Shown: positions 40,179-49,791 of the stretch, piece by piece
Position numbering within the stretch: the first letter of the stretch is position 1
Layout of the letters: the number at the start of each line of letters is the position of its first letter
Source: an uncultured Verrucomicrobiota bacterium
GTDB lineage: Bacteria; Verrucomicrobiota; Kiritimatiellia; RFP12; UBA3636
Direction of reading: 5' to 3'
Length of the DNA stretch: 64,000 nt
NCBI GenBank assembly: GCA_949285835.1
Contig: CASEAR010000117.1
Coordinates: 302 to 64,301 of the forward strand
Made by a program: the position numbers and the translations under genes
Notes under the pieces: model-generated
Told to the model about the DNA's origin: nothing
The model's input: only the letters and a program-made list of their open reading frames with translations
Databases searched by the model: none

Positions 40179-40959
40179 ACTGATTCGATCCTGTTTTATT
40201 TTTTGAGCCAGCTTTTTTCGATGGCCTTTACTTCCCCGCAAGGCATATCACGGAAGCGAAGCCCATGAGAGAACAGTATGGATGATAATATGTGACGTTT
40301 CATTGTGCAAGTGAAAACTTTACTAAAGTGTGACTTATTTCTAAAAGAAAACCAGATCCTCTGCAAAAACAGACTTGGCACAATTACTTGTGCAGTGAAC
40401 GCAGCACCGGATGATCACAGCTAAAGCATACTGCTTTGCGTCCCCCGAGTTTGTCCGGAACTGGCAAACCAAACGCAGACAGTTTTTTCCGTGGCTATGT
40501 GTGGACGAAACCGTACAGCATACTGCAGATGGCATACCCGAAAGTTCGCATAACCGACGACTCTAAACCTCCGGTTGCAGACTAGGCCTGCATTGTTCTC
40601 CATAAATTTTGGCTGCTGAAATCCAACGCTCGCGCATTGCGCATCAAAAGCACGCTATTTCACTAATGCCGTGAAATGCAATGGAGGGCTTGGCAGATCA
40701 CAACGAAAAACGCCTTGCATCCAGCTCCTGACGCAAGCGTTTATGCCGCTTTGTGCGAACACACTTTAGACGTACTCAGCATTTGACGTCATTAAAACCG
40801 GATTTGCAGTCTTTTTTATTATTCCATTGCCCCGTATATTCTGTGCGGTAAAACACGATCCTTCATTGCCCGGCAATCCGGCCCCATCTTTTTTTGCCAC
40901 CACCGGAAGTTCTGTTACATGTTGGACTTTCCCGGCATTCCCTTGTGAAAAGAAAACTG

Positions 40960-40988
40960 TTGACTTGCAAGTGTAAACATGTCATACT
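40960..40988 (+). promoter_or_regulatory. sigma70-like promoter upstream of tRNA-Tyr
   Basis: TTGACT, 17 nt, CATACT. About 20 nt upstream of the tRNA 5' end. Confidence 0.4.
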
Positions 40989-41008
40989 GCGCGCGTTGTT
41001 TCGTTTCA

Positions 41009-41093
41009 GGTGGGTTACCCAAGCGGCCAACGGGGGCAGACTGTAAATCTGCTGGCTATGCCTTCCAACGTTCGAATCGTTGACCCACCACCA
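41009..41093 (+). tRNA. tRNA-Tyr (anticodon GTA), class II with long variable arm
   Basis: Acceptor GGTGGGT/ACCCACC, anticodon stem GCAGA/TCTGC with loop CTGTAAA, variable arm TGGCTATGCCTTC, T-arm CAACG-TTCGAAT-CGTTG, encoded CCA. Confidence 0.85.
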
Positions 41094-41129
41094 TTTCAGT
41101 TTTGAGCTGTTTCTCTAAGAGGTGGAAAC

Positions 41130-41435
41130 ATGGCGACCGGTTTCCATAAAGCAAATACTACCGTAAGACCTCTCGGAAAATTTTTGTGGTGGTCTTCTCT
41201 TCTCGTCATTTTTGCCGTTTTCATGTATTTTGTGTGTCCGTTGTGCAGACAGCGTGCGTCTCTGGTATCGGATCTAAATGCCATGTCTGAATCGAATCTG
41301 ACCACGGAGCGCGAAATTTCTGAGATAAACAGGAACATCTCCCGTCTTGATGACCCAGAGTACGTCGAACATCTTGCCAACAAGGAACGTTACATCAGGA
41401 AAGGCGAGATTGTTTACGAATATGTGGACGACTGA
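41130..41435 (+). CDS. FtsB/DivIC-like septum formation initiator (single TM plus coiled coil)
   Basis: 101 aa. TM LWWSSLLVIFAVFMYFV, then coiled coil and LDDPEYVEHLANKERYIRKGEIVY, similar to the FtsB C-terminal motif. Confidence 0.55.
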   Translation: MATGFHKANTTVRPLGKFLWWSSLLVIFAVFMYFVCPLCRQRASLVSDLNAMSESNLTTEREISEINRNISRLDDPEYVEHLANKERYIRKGEIVYEYVDD

Positions 41436-41708
41436 TTTACTTTCTGACGTCTGCAGCCGCACGCAGTATATTGTGTCGTAACCGCAAGTCTTCACTCAAG
41501 TTCCTTTGGCATGAAGTTCCAGATGCGGCCATTGGCGGCAGGACGATCCGGCAGTAAAAAAAACACGCATCTTGACAAAATTGTACTTGAGATGCTCTAC
41601 ATAAAGGTTCAAACTATCCGAGTGGTAAATATCGAGAAACGAGGCCGTATCGCGATAATTGACAAAAACCGTACCGCTGTAAAACATCTGCTCGAGAGGA
41701 AACCTCTG

Positions 41709-43268
41709 ATGAACCACCGCCATATGTGTCGGACAGCACATAAGATATTACTTGCAATTGTGATCGCCGCATCTTCCGCTACACTAGCGTACGCGGACAG
41801 TACCGGATCAGAAGATTCTCAACTAACGGCTTCCGACGCGGCAGAGCCCTTAATTGACGGCCAGTTGCCTGCACTGGAAGGCATGGTCCCCGTTTCAGCA
41901 AGGATTTACGTCTGGATGCGCGAGTTCAGAAAAAAACATCCAGGCTACCTTGCACAAATTCAGCGGGAGCAAGGTGCATACAGCCGTAAGATAGCGGCGC
42001 AGCTGGAATTTTCAGATCCAGTTCTTACGGCGTCTGCCGGCGCTACGGAGGAACCGGCGGGAATTCCCAACACAACATTTTCAGATTATCTTCAGGACAA
42101 TTCCATCTACGCATCGGCTGGAATTGAAAAACCACTGATTCCCGGAGTGTACGGAAGCTTGGGAATAGCTTCCGGAAGTGATTTAAGCGAAGGAGAGGAT
42201 GGATCTGCACAGGCTCTGGCCGGAGGAATGATTCGAATTCCGCTGATGCGGGATCGTATGTTCTCCATAAACAAACTGGAAGTGATGGGCCTTTCGCACA
42301 CACAACAGGCGGAGTACTACGCCGGAATCTCCAAACTTCTTGATATTTCGGTAAATGTTGTGAAAGCCTATGCTTCATGGCTGCAAAAATCCGCGGATGC
42401 AGAGGAAATTGAAAAGGCAATGACCCGGGCGGAAAAACTTTTGGAATACTCTACAGAACGCGTGCGCCTCAAGGATCTTGCAGAATACCAGATATACCCG
42501 GCGCGGTATGAGGCCACACTCCGACGCGAAGAATTGCAGTCGTCGCGGCAGGAAATAAAAATTCAGGAAGCGGCACTTGCGTATGAACTGGGCGTTGAAA
42601 AAATTCCGGAAGGCATGCCGGATGATCCGAAGCAGCTTATGAACTGGGCGTACGCTCTCGCACAATGCGACATATCTGATCTTATCAACGCCGATCCGGC
42701 TGTATTTTCTCCTAAAATACAGGAGGCTAAAGCACGGATGAACGCGGCCAAAGCAGAAGAAGACAGAACAAGAGAGGACATCAGAGACTCCGTTGATCTG
42801 AACATCGGAGCAGCATGGGCTTCCGAAGACGACACCTCTACGCAGCAGCAGACCGGGTATACTATTTCTCTCGTGTACAGACGTCCAATCTTCAAAGACG
42901 GTGCAAGGTCTAGAGTTGCCGCAGCAACAGCGGATGCAAAAGCTCTGGAACACGAGCTCCAGCTGTCCATAATCAACGAAAAGACGGCCAAGGACAAGGC
43001 GGTAGAGGCTTTCACTAACTCATGCGCCAGACTTATTCTTTCAAGGGCAGCAGTTATGGAAGCCGGGAAAGTACTGGAATCCGAAGACGCCAGATTCGCT
43101 CTTGGAGACGGTTCCAGCAGAAACGTACTGGATGCTCAGCAGGACTTGACCACCGCAACGAGACGCCATATAACCGTGGCAAATGAAGTAATTTCCGCCA
43201 TGGCAGATCTTAGATACGCCATAGGAATAATGCCGGATGACGTGACAATTACAGAAACCCCGCAATAA
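41709..43268 (+). CDS. TolC-family outer membrane efflux protein
   Basis: GAGAGGA SD 7 nt before the ATG at 41709. Signal peptide MCRTAHKILLAIVIAASSATLAYA. Two OEP-type repeat halves with coiled-coil/alpha-barrel segments (LQSSRQEIKIQEAAL.., ..LDAQQDLTTA..). The track ORF begins upstream at 41511. Confidence 0.75.
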   Translation: MNHRHMCRTAHKILLAIVIAASSATLAYADSTGSEDSQLTASDAAEPLIDGQLPALEGMVPVSARIYVWMREFRKKHPGYLAQIQREQGAYSRKIAAQLEFSDPVLTASAGATEEPAGIPNTTFSDYLQDNSIYASAGIEKPLIPGVYGSLGIASGSDLSEGEDGSAQALAGGMIRIPLMRDRMFSINKLEVMGLSHTQQAEYYAGISKLLDISVNVVKAYASWLQKSADAEEIEKAMTRAEKLLEYSTERVRLKDLAEYQIYPARYEATLRREELQSSRQEIKIQEAALAYELGVEKIPEGMPDDPKQLMNWAYALAQCDISDLINADPAVFSPKIQEAKARMNAAKAEEDRTREDIRDSVDLNIGAAWASEDDTSTQQQTGYTISLVYRRPIFKDGARSRVAAATADAKALEHELQLSIINEKTAKDKAVEAFTNSCARLILSRAAVMEAGKVLESEDARFALGDGSSRNVLDAQQDLTTATRRHITVANEVISAMADLRYAIGIMPDDVTITETPQ

Positions 43269-43278
43269 AATTCTGAAA

Positions 43279-44079
43279 ATGAAAAACCCTTTTTTGAACC
43301 TGTTTTCCAGAAAAAGCATACCGTCTGCACTGCCGGAGACTGCTTCCCCTTTGTCAGAGGCCATGCTCAACGATGACGATTCAGACAAATTCAAGACAGA
43401 TCTGCAGATGCTTTCGGAAGATGAGGCTGGAGAACGAATACAGCAGGAGGCCTACAAGGAGATACGCAATGCCGCAGAGCAGTCCGTAAAACGGCTTCAT
43501 GTCCTGCAAAAAGGACGCTGCCCGCTATGTGGAGAAAGTCTCCAACAGCACATGTTTGTATCCGTTTGCGACGCATGCGGATGGAACTCGTACTCAATGC
43601 CGAAACGCGGCGGAATAAGAGTTCATATACGCGGTCAGGAGCAGCCTGTCGAGGGATCTCGCTGCTACATCGTAAAAGAGGGTGCAGTCCTCGTGATACG
43701 CGGGGAGGCCGTTGTGGCCAGGATACAATCACGCGCCATAGAGTGGATAGAGTACGTCTGGAACAGCGGAGAGCTTGAAGAGCGCCGCAAACAGATAATG
43801 GAACGGCTGTCTCTCACCTGCGGGTGGTGCGGCAAAGACACTTCTCCAGACAAAGAAGGTTTCCACCTCCTTCAGATAGCTTTCGGATCGACGCAGGAAC
43901 GATTCTGCTTCTGCAGCGACGAATGCTATGAGGCATTCAGACAGATGTACCCCTCAAGAGTCCACCGGAACTGCTACGAAAGATCCTGCGAAGACTGCGA
44001 CCTCTGCGTAAAACGCTACTTTGACGAAACAGACGGATACAGAACACTTGCCAAAGACCTGATCAGCATAAAGAAATAA
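43279..44079 (+). CDS. cysteine-rich hypothetical protein with multiple CxxC zinc-ribbon-like pairs
   Basis: 266 aa, no signal peptide. CPLCGES...CDACGW, CGWCGKD...CFCSDEC, CEDCDLC. Tightly packed (11 and 27 nt gaps) between the TolC-like and HlyD-like genes. Confidence 0.5.
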   Translation: MKNPFLNLFSRKSIPSALPETASPLSEAMLNDDDSDKFKTDLQMLSEDEAGERIQQEAYKEIRNAAEQSVKRLHVLQKGRCPLCGESLQQHMFVSVCDACGWNSYSMPKRGGIRVHIRGQEQPVEGSRCYIVKEGAVLVIRGEAVVARIQSRAIEWIEYVWNSGELEERRKQIMERLSLTCGWCGKDTSPDKEGFHLLQIAFGSTQERFCFCSDECYEAFRQMYPSRVHRNCYERSCEDCDLCVKRYFDETDGYRTLAKDLISIKK

Positions 44080-44106
44080 ACACCATCTTAAACTTGGAAA
44101 ATACAA

Positions 44107-45144
44107 ATGGGCGACATACGAACAACAGTAGGCGAAGAGATGCCGTCGACCAAGACGGAACGTAAATCACGCGTAATAAAGAACGTCGCTATTACGATTG
44201 CCGCAGCAGCGCTTATAATTCTCATCGGATTCGTTATACGTGTCCCAAAATACGTCGCTGCGACTGGATACGCCACAACGACGCTCTACTCGGAAGCCAG
44301 AAGCGCCGCTACCGGCCGCATTTCCGAGATACTCGTCTTCTCGGGAGACACAGTCAAGGCCGGTGATCCGCTCTTGAAATTGGAAGATGACGCCGAGCGG
44401 GCCGCCGTGTCCGAGGCGGAGGGACAGGTGGCAGAAGCCGTTGCCCAGCTCGCACTCAAAGAGGCTTCTGTCGCGGAAACCCTTCGGCTGCACAACGACA
44501 AGATCCGGCTTGCGGAAATGGAGCTCAAATACGCCGAAGAACAGCTGGAAGTGACAAAACTTCTTCATGAAAAGGGCCTTGCATCAGGCAGAAAACTTTC
44601 TGACGATGAATTCAACGTCACGCGTTCACGCGAAACGCTGAAAACACTGAAGGAAACAGATATTACGATCGGTCAAAGAGAGATCGACGTGCTCAAAAAG
44701 GAAATTTCCACACGCAAAGACACCTTGGAACGAGCCAAAGCGGCACTCGAGGAACGGACGGTGCGCGCCCCGATAGACGGACGCGCCGCACGCTACACGT
44801 TCTATGTGGGCGAAATGCTCCGTCCGGATATGGTGCTCTACGAGATATTCAACGGCGAAGTCAATCTGCTGAAACTGCGCATACCGGAGAGATATGCAAC
44901 AAAGGTGGAACCCGGTATGCGGCTCAAAGCCAAACTCGGAACGTACAAAACTATAATTCCCACAAGATTCTACGGACACGTTGACGAAATGAGGGATATC
45001 GTCGAGGGAGAGGGCAACAACAACTACAGGGTCGCGTACTGCTCATTCGACCGCAAGATGCATAATGTTCCGCCGGGGACGTCTGCTGAAGCAAAAATAC
45101 GGATCGGAAAAGTGTCAATCTGGCAGCTGATTTTCCAGCCGTGA
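44107..45144 (+). CDS. HlyD-family membrane fusion (periplasmic adaptor) protein
   Basis: N-terminal TM VAITIAAAALIILIGFVI. Lipoyl/biotinyl-like motif ILVFSGDTVKAGDPLLKLED..., a long coiled coil, and C-terminal beta-barrel motifs VRAPIDGRAA.... Confidence 0.8.
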   Translation: MGDIRTTVGEEMPSTKTERKSRVIKNVAITIAAAALIILIGFVIRVPKYVAATGYATTTLYSEARSAATGRISEILVFSGDTVKAGDPLLKLEDDAERAAVSEAEGQVAEAVAQLALKEASVAETLRLHNDKIRLAEMELKYAEEQLEVTKLLHEKGLASGRKLSDDEFNVTRSRETLKTLKETDITIGQREIDVLKKEISTRKDTLERAKAALEERTVRAPIDGRAARYTFYVGEMLRPDMVLYEIFNGEVNLLKLRIPERYATKVEPGMRLKAKLGTYKTIIPTRFYGHVDEMRDIVEGEGNNNYRVAYCSFDRKMHNVPPGTSAEAKIRIGKVSIWQLIFQP

Positions 45145-45193
45145 CAATTCGTCTTGTCAAATCCGGTCAAATTAAGTGAAAAACAACTCAAAA

Positions 45194-46966
45194 ATGATGT
45201 CTGCTCCGAGTTCGGGTGCGGAAACCATGCGCAAGATAATTCCTTTCATGCGCCCGTTCCGCAAGCAGATACTCGCACTGCTGGCGGCAACTGCGGCTCT
45301 GTCAGTTCTGGCCATGCTGCCTCCGCTCTTCACCAGATCGGTGATAAATAATGTCATTGGAGAATCGCGCAGAGACTTACTCCCAGGACTCATTGTACTG
45401 ATATTTGCAGTCCCCGTTCTCCACGCAGTGATCAGCTTTCTTCAGGTTCTGGGAATCGCATACATAGGACAGCGCTTTGTACTTGACGTGCGCATGGCTG
45501 TGTACAAACACCTGCTGTCCCTTCATATGGGGTTCTTTGGGAAATACAGCACAGGCAAAATTATAAACAGGCTGATGGGCGACAGCACTACCATGCAGAA
45601 TGTCATGGGCGCGGCGTCCATACAAGTCATATCCGATCTTGTATGCTCTCTGTTTGCAATAACCGCAACAATATACATAAACTGGCGTCTCGCCATCCCC
45701 ATTATCATTGTCGTCATCCTCTTCGTAGTCAACTATAACATAAATATTGCCCGCATCCGTAAAGCTACACGCCGGTACCGCGGAACAAGCGACCGTCTGG
45801 CAAGCGGTGTTCAAAACCGGCTCGTAGCAAATATGACGGTGAAGACATTCGCCGCTGAAGACCGGGAAGAAAATGTTTTCTCCGAACATTCCAACGAAAC
45901 CACTGAGCATGCTCACGACAGTTGGATTGCATCCTCAAATTTCATGTACAATACGCAGCTGCTTCAGGAGGTTGGACGAGTGTCTATATACTTTCTGGGA
46001 TGCGCAATGGTACTGAACGGCTCCGCGAATTACGGTGACGTGACTGCTTTTACCACTTACGCAATGCAGATATTATGGCCTGCGGTCCGTTTCTCACAGC
46101 TTGCAGAACAACTGCAGAACGTCCGGATATCTACAGACAGGCTGTTCGAAATCCTGGATGAAAAGCCTCTTATAAAAAGTAAACCCGACGCCGTAAAACT
46201 CAGAAAAGTGAGGGGTCAGGTGGATATGGACTCCGTCTGGTTCGAATACGAAAAGGGCGTACCGGTAATCAAAAACCTTGACGTGCATATTTCCCCTGGT
46301 GAGACCGTTGCACTCGTCGGCCCGACCGGCTGCGGCAAAACTACGGTACTCTCCCTAATTATGCGGCTTTACGATGTCTGCGGCGGAAGCATCCGGATCG
46401 ACGGCGTTGATGTTCGGGATGCAGAACTGAATTCTCTGCGGCGGCAATTTGGAATTGTTCTTCAGGAATCGCTTCTTTTTACCGTCAGCATTACGGACAA
46501 CATACGTTACGCCAGGCCGGATGCAACTATGGAAGAGGTGATAAATGCCGCCAAAATTGCCGAAATACACGATGACATTCTCGGCTTCCCACAAGGATAC
46601 GACTCCGTCATAGGCGACAGGGATGTTCAATTGTCTATCGGACAGAAACAGAGAATATCCATAGCTCGCGCCGTACTCGCCAATCCGGCGATTCTGGTAA
46701 TGGACGAGGCCACGAGTTCTCTTGACAGCGAATCCGAACTTGCTATACAAAGAGCTATGGACAAGTTCCTGTACGGCAGGACATCTTTCATTGTGGCGCA
46801 CCGCCTTAGTACCATACGCAATGCAGACAGGATAATACTTTTGGATCGCGGCGTTGTGGTGGAAACCGGTACTCACGACCAGCTCATGGCCATCGAAGGC
46901 GGGCGGTACCGGGACCTGTACGAGAAACACGCCGGGAAAGGAGTCATTTCAGATGAGCAGGACTGA
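45194..46966 (+). CDS. ABC exporter fused permease/ATPase, half-transporter 1 (degenerate signature motif LSIGQ)
   Basis: 6 TM helices plus NBD. Walker A GPTGCGKTT, signature LSIGQKQRISIARA, Walker B ILVMDEATSSLD (catalytic E present), H-loop IVAHRL. Start ATG 45194 (the track ORF uses GTG 45176). Confidence 0.85.
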   Translation: MMSAPSSGAETMRKIIPFMRPFRKQILALLAATAALSVLAMLPPLFTRSVINNVIGESRRDLLPGLIVLIFAVPVLHAVISFLQVLGIAYIGQRFVLDVRMAVYKHLLSLHMGFFGKYSTGKIINRLMGDSTTMQNVMGAASIQVISDLVCSLFAITATIYINWRLAIPIIIVVILFVVNYNINIARIRKATRRYRGTSDRLASGVQNRLVANMTVKTFAAEDREENVFSEHSNETTEHAHDSWIASSNFMYNTQLLQEVGRVSIYFLGCAMVLNGSANYGDVTAFTTYAMQILWPAVRFSQLAEQLQNVRISTDRLFEILDEKPLIKSKPDAVKLRKVRGQVDMDSVWFEYEKGVPVIKNLDVHISPGETVALVGPTGCGKTTVLSLIMRLYDVCGGSIRIDGVDVRDAELNSLRRQFGIVLQESLLFTVSITDNIRYARPDATMEEVINAAKIAEIHDDILGFPQGYDSVIGDRDVQLSIGQKQRISIARAVLANPAILVMDEATSSLDSESELAIQRAMDKFLYGRTSFIVAHRLSTIRNADRIILLDRGVVVETGTHDQLMAIEGGRYRDLYEKHAGKGVISDEQD

Positions 46967-48986
46967 CTCCGCACAAACCAGATCCCGCCGCCTCCCCCGG
47001 TGCGAATACCGCGACGTGCCATATCGCCCGCCAAGGGAGTTTTATGCTTACACCCATCCTGTAAAACTTATATTCACGTTCTTCGTAAAATACATCTGGC
47101 CGCATAAAGTTCCACTTATGGTCTACCTTATCATAAGTGCGGCTTCAGCATGTTCTGTATACCTGATGTCATATTACGGACAAGTAGTTATTGACAAAAT
47201 ACTTGTCGTTGACCCTGCTCCAGTTGTCTCTGCCGCCGACAGGGCAACGCAGCCTGACCACTTAATAGATGCGCCCGTTTCACGTGAACGAACGTCATCC
47301 ACAGTGCTCTCTTCTTTCGACGCGCCATACCGTCCTGATTCCAGAGAAGCCTTCGGAGGTGTCTCTGAAATTTACCGACAGCAGACGGCTTCCCAGCGTC
47401 CTCCCAGAGCCGGAGTCATGCTCTTCTGGATTTTCGTCATATACATGGGCACAGTGGTGATACTCAACGAAGCCGGACGCATTGCCACGAACTCCAGACA
47501 TTGGGTGGCACACCGCATGACGCTTCAGCTCAGAGACGATGTTCACAGAAAAATTGTCGGACTCTCCAGCGGATACCATCAAACCACCACTCCCGGACGT
47601 TTGATGGCGAGGATACTGTCCGATGTGGACTTTGTGCAGGGATCCCTGCTCAACGTGGTAGCTACCGTATTCTCACAGACAATCATGTTTATCGTCGGAC
47701 TGGTTATCCTCCTTACCCTTGAGTGGCGCTGCGCTATGGCTGTAATTCTGGCGGCGATCCCGTATATTCTGGTAATGCGGACGAATCAAATCCGCGTGAA
47801 AGAATTTCATAAAGAGGCCAGACATTCCAATTCCTGCCTGTGGGGACTCGTCTCGCAAAAACTCGACGCCGTAAAAGCCATTTTCGCTTACGGCAGAGAA
47901 CATACGGAGATGGTAAACTTCTTCCGTCTCTCCGCCGTCCTACAGCGCGACACGCTTCAGCAGCAGCGCCTCGCTGCCACAATCGGCCGCTTCGCACAGC
48001 TGCTTACCACTTTCGTCTCTCAGGGAATATTCATTTTCTGCACATACTGCGTCTTGGACGGCACCATGACCCTCGGTAAAATGATGTTCGTTTACGGCGC
48101 CGCAGTGAATCTTTTTAACCCAGTGATACAGCTCACGCAAACTTCGTCCAACATTGCCGGACTTCTTGCAATAATACAGAGACTTACGCACACTCTGCAG
48201 AATCCCAACGAAATCCTTGACGCAGAAAATTCCGTTGAATTCCCTGTTCCGCTGAAAACCGGCATCACGCTCGAAAACATGTCGTTCCGTTATTCCAGCA
48301 ACTCCCCGGAAGTCCTGTCGAACATAAATCTCGTAATCCCCTCCGGAAAATGGACGTGCATAATGGGACCTTCCGGATCGGGGAAAACCACACTTATAAA
48401 CCTTCTTGCAAGACTTTACGATCCAACTTCCGGCAATATAAGAGTCGACGGCATACCGCTTGACAAGATCAAGCAGAAGTCACTCCATATCCACGTGGCA
48501 ATGGTTCCGCAGGAAGCGCAAATTATCAGCGGCACAGTGCGGTCCAATATCATATACGGCACTCCAGGCGCCGAACCTGAACAGATAATGAATGCTGCAA
48601 AATCTGCCGACTGCCACGATTTCATAATGAAACTTCCAGTAAAGTACGAGACCATTATCGGAGAAAAAGGAATGACGCTTTCCGGCGGACAGCGTCAGCG
48701 CATCTCCATGGCACGCGCCCTGATAACCGACCCGGAAGTCCTGCTGCTGGACGACTGCACTTCCGCTCTGGATGCCAACACCGAACGGAAAATACAGGAA
48801 ACCCTCACCAAGCTCATGAACGGCAAGACGGCTGTCATCGTTTCCCAGCGCGTGTCAATGTCTGCACGCTGCCACCACATTATCGTTATAGAAGACGGTC
48901 ATATATCGGAACGCGGGACGCACGACAGCCTTTGCCGCAGAGGTGGATTCTATTCCAGGCTCGTCAAAACACAGAGTTCAGCATGA
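46953..48986 (+). CDS. ABC exporter fused permease/ATPase, half-transporter 2 (Walker B DD, no catalytic Glu; long extracytoplasmic insertion)
   Basis: Walker A GPSGSGKTT, canonical signature LSGGQRQRISMARA, Walker B LLLDDCTSALD. About 90-aa Pro/Ser-rich insertion between TM1 and TM2. ATG at 46953 overlaps the upstream stop by 14 nt. The track ORF starts at 46854. Confidence 0.85.
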   Translation: MSRTDSAQTRSRRLPRCEYRDVPYRPPREFYAYTHPVKLIFTFFVKYIWPHKVPLMVYLIISAASACSVYLMSYYGQVVIDKILVVDPAPVVSAADRATQPDHLIDAPVSRERTSSTVLSSFDAPYRPDSREAFGGVSEIYRQQTASQRPPRAGVMLFWIFVIYMGTVVILNEAGRIATNSRHWVAHRMTLQLRDDVHRKIVGLSSGYHQTTTPGRLMARILSDVDFVQGSLLNVVATVFSQTIMFIVGLVILLTLEWRCAMAVILAAIPYILVMRTNQIRVKEFHKEARHSNSCLWGLVSQKLDAVKAIFAYGREHTEMVNFFRLSAVLQRDTLQQQRLAATIGRFAQLLTTFVSQGIFIFCTYCVLDGTMTLGKMMFVYGAAVNLFNPVIQLTQTSSNIAGLLAIIQRLTHTLQNPNEILDAENSVEFPVPLKTGITLENMSFRYSSNSPEVLSNINLVIPSGKWTCIMGPSGSGKTTLINLLARLYDPTSGNIRVDGIPLDKIKQKSLHIHVAMVPQEAQIISGTVRSNIIYGTPGAEPEQIMNAAKSADCHDFIMKLPVKYETIIGEKGMTLSGGQRQRISMARALITDPEVLLLDDCTSALDANTERKIQETLTKLMNGKTAVIVSQRVSMSARCHHIIVIEDGHISERGTHDSLCRRGGFYSRLVKTQSSA

Positions 48987-49534
48987 TTCCGCCGAAGCAT
49001 GCCTCGAAGCGTATGAAAAAAACATATCCGGAAATCATCTACCGTACGTCAGCACCCCTCCCCTGGATCGCAATAAGCCCGTGCCTTGTCGGATTCCCCA
49101 CCAGATACGATGGAAGGGACAAAAGAATTGCGCTCCCGGGACTGGATATGTTTAACCTCATTCTTTTCTGCCCCGAACAGAGCGCCGGGCTCGGCACTCC
49201 GAGGGAACCAATCAGACTTGTCAGCAGCGCAGACGGAACAACGCATGTCGCAGGAGTAAACTCAGAACATGATTTCACCTCACGCTTTTCTGTACCATGC
49301 CGACGCATGGCAGAGTTCCTGCATAAACACGAAGTTTTGTGTTTTATCCTTAAGGCAAGGTCTCCGAGCTGCGGCGTCATATCTCCACTGTTCACATCAG
49401 GCGGCATTGACCCCGTCGGTGCCTCTCCTGGAATCTGGGCAGACATGATACTCAAGGAATTCCCGGACATTCCGGTATTCACTGAAGATACGCTGCCACC
49501 AGAATATCTGCAGCAAAAAGCGGCAAGCTTGTAA
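48983..49534 (+). CDS. DUF523-family protein (TudS-like putative Fe-S 2-thiouracil desulfidase family)
   Basis: AISPCLVGFPTRYDGRDKRI and ..ARSPSCG.. cysteine motifs typical of DUF523. ATG at 48983 overlaps the ABC2 stop (ATGA). An alternative ATG is at 49013. Confidence 0.6.
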   Translation: MIPPKHASKRMKKTYPEIIYRTSAPLPWIAISPCLVGFPTRYDGRDKRIALPGLDMFNLILFCPEQSAGLGTPREPIRLVSSADGTTHVAGVNSEHDFTSRFSVPCRRMAEFLHKHEVLCFILKARSPSCGVISPLFTSGGIDPVGASPGIWADMILKEFPDIPVFTEDTLPPEYLQQKAASL

Positions 49535-49791
49535 AACGGGGAGCCGGCAATCGGGAATACAGTTTTTTTGAATGCCACTGAACCTGCGACGCGTGCCAGT
49601 CATCGGACAAAACCTGATATTCCATGGTTAAGAAATGTTAATTCTTACCGGTTATTTTATTTGGAGTTCAATGCTAGAATTGTCCCGTGTCCGCAGAAGA
49701 CTGTCTGCTCCTGCAGAACAATGAAGCAAATGGCTCTTTGCACTGCTGTAGATGATGCAAAGAACCAACAACTTTGTGAAAGGGCGTTTAT

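Noticed and set aside
38205-41008. Integrase, transposase or att repeat defining a mobile element in the tRNA-flanked islet
   Set aside because: No integrase- or transposase-like ORF is present, and I found no duplicated tRNA 3' segment. The islet call rests only on composition and tRNA flanking.
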